64,000 nt of DNA from Bugula neritina (taxonomy: Eukaryota; Animalia; Bryozoa), in assembly GCA_964035545.1 (NCBI GenBank), contig OZ037767.1, positions 25,560,628 through 25,624,627 of the forward strand. The letters run 5' to 3'. Shown here piece by piece: positions 11,041 to 29,909 of this stretch. The notes beneath the pieces were generated by a model, which was not told the DNA's origin, did not search any database, and saw only the letters and a list, made by a program, of their open reading frames with translations. Both the position numbers and the translations under genes were made by a program. How positions within the stretch are numbered: the stretch's first letter is position 1; each line of letters begins with the position of its first letter.

Positions 11041-13162
11041 CATAACCATAAGCATGTCCATAATGATACTTATTAATGGTAAGCATCGGGTTCATAACCG
11101 TAACGTGACTACCTCAAAGCAATTAATATATTTGTTTACAGGCTGCAGAAAGTGATTGAAGTTGTATAATCATAAAGCACATTGGCAGTGCAACATTTTT
11201 TATTGACATAGTAACTTCTCATCATGTTCTAGTATCCCATGATGTGGGCTACTCGATATAGCCCTAAAATCGCAAAAATTGACTTTAATGTGTAAGGAGT
11301 TGCGTTCTTACAAAAATAGTTATGTATAGTTGAAGAACTGAAACGATTCTCTAATATTCAAGTTCCTAGTTACATGACGCTTCAAAAAAGAGTACGCGAA
11401 TAAAATAATAACTATATTTTTAACAACTTTAAATTAGCACAGTTGATTGTTGCCAAAAATTTTTTTTACATAAAAAATAATTGTTTAATATAAATTTATA
11501 ATTAAAAAAATAAAATAAAACTAGTTTAATGTTTTTTATGCAGCTGAGGAGTTTTATATTTATGCGCATCCAGTTGCAGATATTATGCCCTTGATAATCG
11601 TGGTGATGTACTCATGCAACGAATATCATTTTGATAATCATTAAGCATATTTAACCAATTATTATAGTGATTTGTTAACACAAAATAAGCTAAAACCAAA
11701 AACTAAATTTGGTGTATCATTGCGAATATCATTGAACATCATGCTTGTTGATTACTTTAATATCAATAGTATCTTGAACTTAAAGTTAGTCATATAATCA
11801 TAATGATATATGATAATGATATAAATATAATTTAAATTAATTAATAATTAATATTATATTTATAATGATGTAATTAATATTTATATTATCATTATTATTA
11901 TAATATTATTATTAATATAATTAATAATATAAATTTTATAACTACTACTAAATTTACTTTTGCTTTTAAAATATCTTAATCTTGGTTGGGTCAAGACTCA
12001 AGTGCCAAGAATTGTAATATCAATTACAATATGAGTATCATTATGATTATATCAATATGAGTATGAATATAATTATGGTTATTATTAATAATAAAATTTA
12101 ATCATTATTAATCATTATTATTATAGTTAATATTATCGTCCAAATGAAAAATCAAATTTTTGTGAATAATTTTATCTTAATAAATTTCATATTCATATTG
12201 ATCATCAAAGGGAAACTGAAAGTTATCATTAAGTCAGATACGTAATAATATTTGGTTTTATATTATTGTAGACTTTTATTCCAATTGTACTCATATTCAG
12301 TATGATACAGTTTCTCATGTGTTTAATAATTACTATGTAATATTGTATCATAATCATTTTTACTGCAATACAACTTGAAATTTTAATGACTATAATTATG
12401 AATGCAAGTGTTTTCTAGTCCTAAAGCTGGTATTTATAACTGTGTCAAAGTCACAGCAAGTTTTTCAGTGAACATGGTTAACTAATCAAGTCATAATCCA
12501 GACATAGACAGTTTAACTCAAGTTGAACAATGAGTATGACTGGTCTCAATTCAACTTGACTTACTGGTTTTTTATCAAGTTAAGCTCAATGTGATATTTA
12601 ATGCTCATTTAAAGCTTCACTCACATCTAACAAAAACTGTGGTTATTTACATGCATGTAGTTGTTAAAACATAAAAAATAAAGCATTAATTCTAGTTTTG
12701 GCTAATTTGATATAATATGTTTAAAATAATTTCGTAGTAAATTTTAGTCACACTAGCTATTGAATTTGATTTTGCAGCTTGAGATATAAAAAATAACAAT
12801 ACTATATCAAACTTATATTAAATTTTTTTTAATACTTATTTTGTAAGACTAGAAAGATTGAGACTCTCCCATTGTAACCAGCATAAAAGCTGTACTCTCT
12901 ATTATAAGAAGATAAAAATGCTAAAAGTAGAAGTATTATCTAACCCCAAGCTTTCTAATGATCTATAAAAAGTTTAGTGTATCAATTGTTTTTATTTTGA
13001 TACTTCTTTTCAGGCTGTTGCGTTAGTAATTTTACTATTGCAAACAGATGGGGATTAAAAAGAGTTCAACTTTTTCAAAGTTGAGTTTAACACTGTTTGC
13101 ACACTTGAGCTATTTCCAAGTTTATCTTCTAACTGTTTTTAGTATTTTTTTTAGTTTTAAAT

Positions 13163-19926
<6,764 letters not shown>

Positions 19927-21990
19927 AAGAGATGTAGATAGAGGAATGCTAACTGTGATGTACAGTAAAACCACTTACACTCGGATATATATATTATTAT
20001 TATATATTACAATCATGGTACCCTTGATTTAGTCCATAAACTGTTCATTAGCAAGGCGTTCACCATTTTAATCAAATAATATTTTTAGCTCAATTTGAGA
20101 TCCTTACAAACTCTTATTAATATATTACGTTTTAGATTATAAAATCATTATGTGCATTTATATATTTTTAAAAGTTGATATCTATTTTTATTAGATATAA
20201 TATTTTTGGGACTGAATGTCTTAATCCTCTTAGTTTCATACACACGCTGATATATTTTGAAACTGTTTAATTATTAGGAATATGTTTCCTGCCAACTTAC
20301 TTTCCCCATTCATTTAACTCATGAGATATCTGTCGCATGCTATGCCCTCCTAATGCAGTTCATTCGCTGTTGTGTGAAAGAAGACGTGTTTAAACAATAT
20401 TTCTTTCGGTTGCTTGAAACAAGTTGTGGAGTTTTGTGAAACTATGCCAGTTGAAAATGTTTTTCATGTCAGTTTTGGGGCTATGATCACCTTGGACTAT
20501 TTTATTTATCATTCCATTAGCTTTTGGTAGAGTATCTATCTTTTCTCTAAAAATATGTAATGGAGAGCTACTTCTTGTTAACCTCATTGCAATATTCGTT
20601 TTATTTTAGAAATAATTATTGGGTTCACTTTTGTATAATGTTATATCATTGGCCGGAGTGAGGCCGTGCTATGAAGTTGACGGTATTGTTTCATAATATG
20701 TGTGTTCTGTCTTTTTCTCTACTTGCTGTCAACTGATGCACGGCTCCTTGCTCTGCTCTGCTTGTTACTTCATTGCTGACTGTGATAGGGTGATTGTCGT
20801 ATGTTTAGTTTACTTTATTTTTGTGCTATCAAGTTGCTTGTAATATTATTATGTGGCATCCATGATGCCTTAGCTTATTACATGACATTAACCTCATATT
20901 CCTAGTTCTAACACAGATAAGAAAAAAATTAGAAAGAACGTTGTATATCATAAAAGCTCTACATGTGTTCTAATTATTAATTTCTATTTTTCTAGATTTG
21001 TCTTATTAGTTAATCTAATAATATTTACATTGTGCATTTTTAAACTAGTGTCCAAGATTTTTAAGTTTAGAGTAAATTGATAAGATTTTGTAAACTTGCA
21101 AATGTGTAGGTGTTGCATCTACATATTATTTTGATTATTTTCTTTGTTTTAAATGTTGCACCTACAATATTTTTTGTGATAACTTTCCATCTCCGTCCAT
21201 TCACCAAAGTCCACCAACACTTTTACATTAATGTTTATTATAGTTCAGCTATTTCTTTCCTCTATTTTTATATTCTTGGAAGTTAAATTTTGAATATTTT
21301 AATGACTTTACTATTTATATAATAAACCTATTTCTGATGAGCTGTTTTTGTGGTTTGATTTTGTCTCAGCTGCTTATAATCTATCATAGTTAAATAGTTG
21401 GTAATTTTTGTGGTAAATGCATTAATTAAGTAATAGAAAAATTTAAAAACTCCTATCGTCTTGGTGAGAAATATCTCAAAAGAAGTTATGTTCTCACAAT
21501 ATTTTCGACCTAAACCAAACCAAAAATTAATTGCAAAGTTCTAACATTGTTTTTTGAAAATCCAAGTTTGATATGCAGTAAATTTGAGTTTTCTAGCTCT
21601 ATCACTTGCTTCTACCACTTCAGTAAGTATGATAGAGTAAAATCATGACCCCGACAACAAAAACATGTCAAGCTCTTGTGGTTGGAGTTGTCTATGCATA
21701 TGTAAAATTGTATAGCTCATCATTAGAAATATTTTAAATAGTGAGGGTGAACGCGCAAGGTACCCAACATGAAATAAGTGAAGTAATTTTACTAAAGCAT
21801 CTAACGACTCTGTTTGTTCAGTTTTCATAAGTTGTAAAAAGTCCGAGTCCAATAAATCATTTTTTGACCATATTTAATTCAGCAAGTCGTTATAAATATT
21901 ATTTATAATTATTGTAATTGTGTGGGAAAAGTACAGTTTATTTATGATCCGATACGATTGAGCTGTTACTAAAGCCAATTTTGTGGAAAA

Positions 21991-24900
21991 ATGTCAAAAG
22001 GAAGAGTCATTGTCCAATGTGACTGGGATCAAGTTTATAGGTAAAGAAAAGTTTGTTAATTTGGTAAGCTCAATTTCAATTGAACCTGAACTCACTCTAA
22101 GCCTAACTCTTACTCTTAGAGTTAGAGTTTTTCTAATAAAATATTCATCCAATTATTTGGTATTTTACAGCAAACTTTGGCTGACATGACTTGCTCTGTA
22201 ATAGTGATAGTATGAGTATGTACTACTAATAGTAATAGTTACTACTAGTGCTTCTAGCTTTGAAATTTACCATTATGTTTGTGATAGCTTATCAATTAGT
22301 ATAAGTATTACAGTACGAGTATCAATTTGAATATAAAATTGAATATAATTAATAATTTTCAATGTGGTTATGAGGATTTTTTATCTGTTTTTTGTTAACA
22401 ATATAATTGATTATCTTTATGAATGCTGAACTTTAAGATAAGGTGTATTTAGAATGATAATATTCATATTGATTAATAATTATTATTGCTTTATAAGTTT
22501 TACACTGTAAGATTAAACCAATGATCAGGAGTGTAGTTTTAAAAACAGAACTAATACTAGCATTATATTCAGGTTGATATTCACTCACTAACTCACCTAT
22601 TGGTAGTTTAAATAGTATGCAACTTATAGACATGATGCACGTGCTTATCTAGGTTGTTGTTTCATATTGATATAATTATAATGATTATATCTATTAAATA
22701 TAAGATCATATTTTATGGCTAGTCACTAATCTCATTAATCTGCTATTTTTGTTTTATTAGAGAAGGAGATGGAAAGTTTTGGATTTGCTACAAATGCCTG
22801 GGTAAGTAACACTAACCTAGTGTACCTATGTAGCTCATTATCACAGTCAGCTTTAACTTTTGCCCAGCCAATTATTTTTGGATAAACATTAACTGGTGTA
22901 TCACTAGGTGAGGCAAGTGTCTACAGTAACATACTGTGTAGTAGAGATGTTGATGGACAAGTCAGATTGCACCCTGAAGATGACAATTTCAAAGTCACAT
23001 ATCATAGTCAAGTAAGTCGTACTGACTAATACTGTTAGTATTAGTGTTATAATAGCTAATAATATTACTGTTAGTACTACAATTCTAGCAACTAATACTG
23101 TTAGGATTACTATTATAAAAGCTACTACTGTTGGTACTGTATGTAGCCATCCTTGTTAATACTGTTAGTAATTGTGGAATTGTGTGGATTTTTCAGAATA
23201 GGTATTGTAAATGGTTCATTTACCAAAAAATGGCTGTGTTTTGCTCTATTTCATATATTGTAGAATAAGCTGAAGATCTCATATGTGTCAGAGCATTCCC
23301 AATCTTTATCCGTCACATTTAGAAGTGCAAGTAGAGAGTTTACTCCTCATGGTAAAATTAAAAAGGTAGTCACTACTATCACATAGTCTACTCATCAATC
23401 ATTATCATGCATGTATTTTCTATTAAAATTGTGTGTGTGTCAAAGAAACTCTTTGCAGAGTATTGTAGCTCTTACAGACAACTAGTAATCAACTAATAGA
23501 AAGCTGTGGTCATTTAACCATCTTTCAGGGTACGACTTGTTATTTACTGCAGTGGAATAGAGATATTTGTGAATGAATATATATTTACATGGCTTATGCT
23601 GTACATAGCCTTCTGTAGAAGTAAGTAGAAGTGGTTTAGTGATTAGTCATAGAAGTATATTCAGAGTGTCTTCTATAGAGATTTGTTACTCACTCGATGA
23701 ATCATGTACGAACAGGTGACGTGTCTAGACGTGACTAATGGTGGACTCGGGCTCTCTTGTGCTGAAAATTCAACCACACTGAAGATATGGGAAACTTCCA
23801 ATGGTACTGTTAGAGTGAGTAACTAGTAACTAGTAACTGAGGAGTAGTACTTTTTTAATAAGACCTGGTTAGTAGTATCTAGTTGGCAGTGAGTAGTTAC
23901 TAGTTACGTCAAACTAGTTACTATCTAGTAGTAAGTAATTTTTTTGGTAAGTAATTACTAGTGAGTAGTACCTAGTGAGTAGTATCTAGTGAGTAGTAAC
24001 TAGTAACTAGTTAGTAATGTGATATTCACACAGGCCTTATATACTGTAACCTGAGATTCAGTTTAGAGAATTGCTCTGATAAGGTAGACCCTTCATCATA
24101 TAGGTTGTTATAGTTGTTTCTAATATAAGTTTAGTATGTTATGCATTTTATGGAACTGTAGCTTAACTAGCAGTAGAAATTTCTTAATAATACAAAATTG
24201 TGTAATGTGGGTTGAATGTAAGTGTTGAACTGCTCAACCTGATTAGACCTAGTCAAGTGGTGGAGTAAATAAATGTTTGTTTTTCTTATCTAAGAATGGA
24301 GTGTTTTGAACATTAAAGTTGCTGGCAGATTTATTCCAGCATATATTCTCTTGTGAAAGTATGTAAATTGGTCTAGATTTATTATATACGTGCAGTTGTG
24401 CTGTTTATCTTTGTATTAGTAAGAGTTGTCATAACATGACTGTTGAAACTAAAATTGTTACATGGTTTATGCATGCCTTTAGAGGGAGTTGTCGGGACAC
24501 GTTGGTGATATATTCACAGCCAAGTTTTTCCCATCTGGTCTAGTAGTGCTCAGTGCTGGTGCTGACACACAGTTGAAGGTTTGGTCAGCTGAAACAGGTG
24601 CTTGTGCTGCCACCATCTCGGGACACAAAGCGGGTCAGCATTTATTAGCCGTATTACTATGATAATTTTATAATACAAAATATTGTCCCTCTTGTTGTCT
24701 ATTAATAGTCAACATCAGTTTAACTCTTCTTATGACATAATTCTATGGCCATTTTTAGTTTTCATTTATTGAAATAAGTCTGCTTACAATGGCGGTGTGC
24801 ACAATCTAATGTGAAGTTATTATAATATGACATATCACAAGAGTTGTCTACTCAAGAACAAAATAAGTAAACTATCTTGGAGTTGTCTGCACCTCAATCT

Positions 24901-27900
24901 TCGGGCTCTGTAACTCGCCGTGATGTTTACATGTGTATAGAAAGTATTAGAAGGTAGAGGTGTCACGATACTGTATGTACATAGCACAGATAGGATGCTT
25001 GAGGTTATGAAGGCAGCACAATGCAATATCACAATGTAGCTATATTAATAAATTAAGACTACAGCAAACTATTAGTATACATTTTTTTTTCTAAATATGC
25101 ATTTATTTATTATTATTATAAGTGGCAAATTATTATTACTAGTAATAGATTCTAGCTTTTCTTTTATTTTCAATTTTATTGCAACTTCTAAAGGTAAGGT
25201 TTTTAGTTTATAATAACAATGATACCAGGGAGTTATAGTAGTACTAAAAGTGAGTTTATCTTTTACATTCTATTTATCTAATAATAACTGTATTTCTATA
25301 TGCATAATTATTACTATATTTATTTTTATTACTGTTAAACATAAAATTGGTAATTCTAACTCATTAATACTGATAATATCAATGCTGATTCCAATAGTAT
25401 AGTTATACTCGTACTAGTAGGCCTACTTAATTTAATAATAATTGTATTGTGATTAATAAATTAGTATAATTGTGTTACTTGCTAGTTTAATTGTATTGGT
25501 ATCGTTTTACAGCTTATTGTTTCTCTGTATAATTTGTAAATAAATATTATATCATAAAAGACAAATTTGATATACATACTTATAATTATGTTGTATTAGT
25601 ATAATGTTATTGTTACTCATTTCAAATTTATTGTTAATGGCTACTTATTTTATTACCCTTGCCTTAAACTAATGACAACATTGCCAGAATACTATTCTAT
25701 TGCAACAACTACTACTACTGTTGCTGCTGCCACTACTATTACTACTGCTGCTGCTGCTGCTGCTACTATTACTGTTACCAATAATCTACTATGATTTGAT
25801 AATTCTATATGGTTACTCTCCATGAAAAACATTATATATCGAGACACCTCTAGTTGAAAGGTTTTGCTGGGAGGATTAGGTGGTGGTGGTGGAATATTAT
25901 TTCTCAAATGTAAAACATATTAAAGTCTTAATGCCTTTTGAAGTTGTTAATGGGAAATTATGTGGTATTTATGTAAGCCTTTTGTGATTAGTTGGTGTAG
26001 GATTCTTTTTTATGGGACTACATACTATAGCAGAAGTACTCAGTAATTCATATTCAGTATTTATAATTAATATGTTTAACATATTTTATGAGCCTTAATC
26101 TCCATTTAATGTTATATAACTGCGTCTAAAACACTCTCCACTTTCACACAGACGCTCAGTCATGAGTAAAGTATTTTACTGCATCAATCATCCTATCTTC
26201 ACATATTTTATATTTATAGTTAAATTAATCCAAAAGGAAATTAATGAATAATTAATATAATGTATGGAGTCAGTGCATCCAAATGGTAATTATGATAATC
26301 TTCAATGGGATTAACTAGCTACTCAAACACTAGATAAGTTGTGTTAACTGAATTTTAATTAATTTTTAACTTTTTCTTCATGAATGTTTCTGCTGCGCTC
26401 AATAGACCCTGAAGAGACATTTTTGTTAAGAGATAAAACTGAAATTTGATAGTTCTGTGTACTTACTAACCCATTCAGTTAATTAAAATGCTGTAACAAG
26501 TGTAAGAGAAATGCTTTCCTTGCCTTTATACTGTCAAACTGTGTTAAACGCTGACCAAGTGCAGGTTCAGAGCATAAAACCTGTTAATTGACTCATTAGT
26601 CACATTTGCTAGTACTGCATTCCATAGTCATGAGTCATAGTTTCTGATTTATTCACTTCAAATTCTCATTCTCATACAGGTTTTTTTTCTGAAATATGTA
26701 AAGTTGTTTCAATTTATTATTTTTGCCATTTCTTTCCACATTCAGTTAGTTTAGTTTATTTAAACAACATTTTTGAAATTATGTTATTTTCTAATTGACA
26801 GCAGCTTCAGAAATATACTGCTTTTTCTAATTTTGGGTAGGGTAGTATCAACTTTACTATAACTACTGGGGGATGGGGTGGGTACAGAGAACACTCGTAC
26901 TAGTGCTTGGAATATTCAACTCAATAAACGCTGACATTTTAATGCTCTAATAGTACATAGCTATATAACCTTTTCATAGTTCACAGCAAACTGAGTTGAT
27001 TAATAAAATTATAGAAATAACCGATACTTTTTACTGTAGGTGTGTTGGAAGTTGACTTTGTTGAGAGAGGAAGGAATGTGGTGTCGTGCTCCCGAGACGG
27101 AACAGCTAAGTTGTGGGATGTCGGCCAACAACAATGTATTCACACGTACAGTACAGCCTCTGGTCTTGGAGTTATTAACTCTTTCTCCTTACACGGCACT
27201 CAAGCTATAGACTTGGGACCAACTTCTAGCTGCAGTAGTAAGCAATGCAGTTGTTTACCATATATGGGCATATAATAATTCGGTGGTATGTGATAAGCCA
27301 ATTACAAGGTTTTCACAGTCCAGCCAGTTGGCCATTTTAGTTTTTGTATTTATAGCCTATTTATGACATACGTTAGCTAGTAGACTATTGTGTTGGGCTG
27401 GTATCAGTATTAGTCTACATTTTGGTCTGGTCACAGCACCTATTGAATTTAATGGCCTTAGTAAGTCTGGTATACTGGGTGGGGTATGTATGCCTGTACA
27501 TATTTTAAACAATCGGTGATTTACTACTCTCTTTCCTTCCAACCCTCCCCCTCACCCCATCACACTGGAATTTCATTGTTGAATTTTACCGGCTTTCAAA
27601 TATCCTGCATATAGTATGGTGTAAATGTTTAATATGCTCACGTATTTGCTTGCATTGCTTCATTTTATTACTAAGCTAGTGAGAAATGTATACTACATCT
27701 TCCAGCTCTGCTTTTATCTCGAAACATCATAATGTTGAATATTTAAACAGTCAAATTGTAAAGCACTACCTGGTAGCCAGCAAGTTACATGGACTAATAC
27801 TGATCAGTGGTTAATGTACACAGCAGAATATAAGTTCACTCAAACTACAGTTTAGGGTTAAAGTTAGAAAGTTGTACAAATCTTATCCAATGCTATTCAC

Positions 27901-29669
27901 CGGCTTTCCATGTACCGATCTCAGATCGATCTCCGCGAGATCGATCTGAGATCGGTACATGGAAAGCCCGTGATTGTTACCCTGTGAACTGACTATTTCA
28001 GATGAAGAAGTTGGAACTGAGGGTAAAATTCTACTGCTAGCCTTAGAGTCTGGCAAACTACAAGCGTTTGGGTTGAATACAAAGCAACAGGTAAATTGTT
28101 ACGTTTTCCCATAAATAATGTTTTAGTAATAAATGGGAACTCCAACTGTTCCAGGCTCTGATATTAATACTCATAATATAGTGAGCTATAATTATAGTGC
28201 TGATACTAATACTTATACTCATTACACTAATATTAGCACTGGTACTAATACTTATACTAATACTGATACTAATACTGTCACTCATAATACTTATGTTTAT
28301 ACCATAGTATTACTGATACTAGTACTAATACTGATACTTAATACTAGTATGTTATTACTGATACTACTAGTATGTTACACGTGTACCATTCATGTTTTCC
28401 TCACATTCACTACTCTACAGTATGTTTGTATTGAATTATATCCCTAATATCGCCATTATATCTTTACAGTTGTTTGAAGTTTCTCCTTCTCAAGTTGAAG
28501 CAATAAACTGCGTCAAGTTTTTAACTGGAAATAGCTTTGCGTTTGGGTCTGAAAATGGTGTTGTTGGAGCTTATGACTTGAGGAATCTCAGGTATGTTAA
28601 TACAAGACTTGACTAATCTTAAGTATGATTATACGTAACTTGGGCAGTCATTTCTAGAGTTCCAGACATTCTGATCAGCACCGAGTCGAATGCTGTTTGA
28701 CCCGATGCTGCTGTATGTGTTGTGGCAGACCAAGTGTGTTAGTATGTGACTTGAAACAAACTAAATATAATATAAAATTGAGATATATTAGACTGGTGGG
28801 TGATTTCTTTGCATTTCAGTGAGCCGCTAAAGTTGGATCACGAATGCAGGTCTTCAATAAAGTGTGTGAAACCTTTTGGGCAGGGATTTTTCTATGCTAC
28901 AGGTATGCTTAAGCACATATACTAAAACATGCTTATATGCATATATATCCTGAAAGTATGTTTATATGCATATGCTAAAAAGTATGCTTATTAACATAGG
29001 GTAAACTATGTTTATAAGCATATATATTATAAGTATGCTGTATATACTGCATGTATTATAAAGGTATGCTTATACTATATATGTATTGTAGTCTAGAGAG
29101 AGTCTAAATAATGTATCAATATTTAGTTATCTTATCAGTAACCCAGTATATGACAGAACACATGGCAGCATTAACACACTGTATCCCGCTGCCTTGTTGT
29201 TTAGCTCAATGTCTTACTGTGAAAAATGAATAAAAATATTAGTATATTTATACATGTCAGCTGTGGCTTAATAGCACATTGCAGAGCCTGTCACTATTTC
29301 AAACCTTGAGCTACAAAATGCTCTCTGTTCAAAATAGTCATGTGACGATTTAGAAAGTCCCCCAGTAATGCTTTTTGTAACTTACAGAGTTAGTAAGCAT
29401 ACTCATTGCATGTGCAGGGTTATAGGTCAATGGTAACTACCACTAATATACACAACAAACATAATATGATGCTAAGAATATTAAACTAACTTGGATATTC
29501 ACATTTCACTGTTTTAGCTGATGGGTCCTCTGTCTATATTGATGAAACTCTGAGTCTAAGTTATGAGCTCACAGGAGCCGATTGTGACCCGGTATACCAA
29601 GTGGCTCATTCGAACAATGATGTCTACACATCATGTAGAGATGGCGCAATCAGGGTTTACCCTCTTTAA
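21991..29669 (+). CDS. PAAF1: Proteasomal ATPase-associated factor 1 (PAAF1/Rpn14/WDR71), WD40 protein, about 396 aa
   Basis: Exons 21991-22040, 22761-22801, 22908-23011, 23264-23365, 23716-23814, 24483-24633, 27040-27237, 28002-28090, 28470-28591, 28820-28902, 29518-29669 have consistent phases. PAAF1 motifs recognised: IVQCDWDQ, VTCLDV..GGLGLS, GHVGDIFTAKFFPSGLVVLSAGADTQLKVWSAE, VERGRNVVSCSRDGTAKLWD, EVGTEGKILLLA, ELTGADCDPVYQV, YTSCRDGAIR. Confidence 0.94.
25692..25780. repeat. (ACT)n/(GCT)n compound microsatellite
   Basis: Directly visible in PAAF1 intron 6. Confidence 0.8.
27898..27972. mobile_element. Palindromic mini-element (MITE-like): perfect 32-bp inverted repeat, CAC...GTG ends, ATT direct repeat on both flanks
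   Basis: 27902-27933 (ggctttccatgtaccgatctcagatcgatctc) is the exact reverse complement of 27937-27968, with a 3-nt loop. ATT lies at 27895-27897 and 27973-27975. Confidence 0.65.
28195..28375. repeat. Degenerate (ATACTA/ATACTG)n repeat in PAAF1 intron 8
   Basis: Directly visible; it explains the SISISI and NTNTDT ORFs. Confidence 0.8.
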
Positions 29670-29822
29670 CTCAGCTTATGCTGTGACATATATTTAGCTC
29701 TGTCACAGGGTGATTAGAGTTTGCACCCGCTATCCGCAATCCAGATCTAAAATCTGAGACTATTTTGAATGAGTGCAAGAAATGGTTCTATACGCAGCTC
29801 CTAATGGGGGGGGGGGTAACTG

Positions 29823-29909
29823 AGTGCAGTAGTTTGGGGTTCTGGAGTTTGGAGTTGGGGGTTTCAGTAGACCCTAACTCCAAACTCCAGAACCCCAAAC
29901 TATTGCACT
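29823..29909 (+). other. 38-bp stem-loop in the PAAF1 3' UTR
   Basis: 29823-29860 pairs with 29872-29909 (36 Watson-Crick and 2 G-U pairs on the + strand). It starts 154 nt after the stop codon and lies upstream of AATAAA signals at about 30186 and 30211. Confidence 0.8.
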
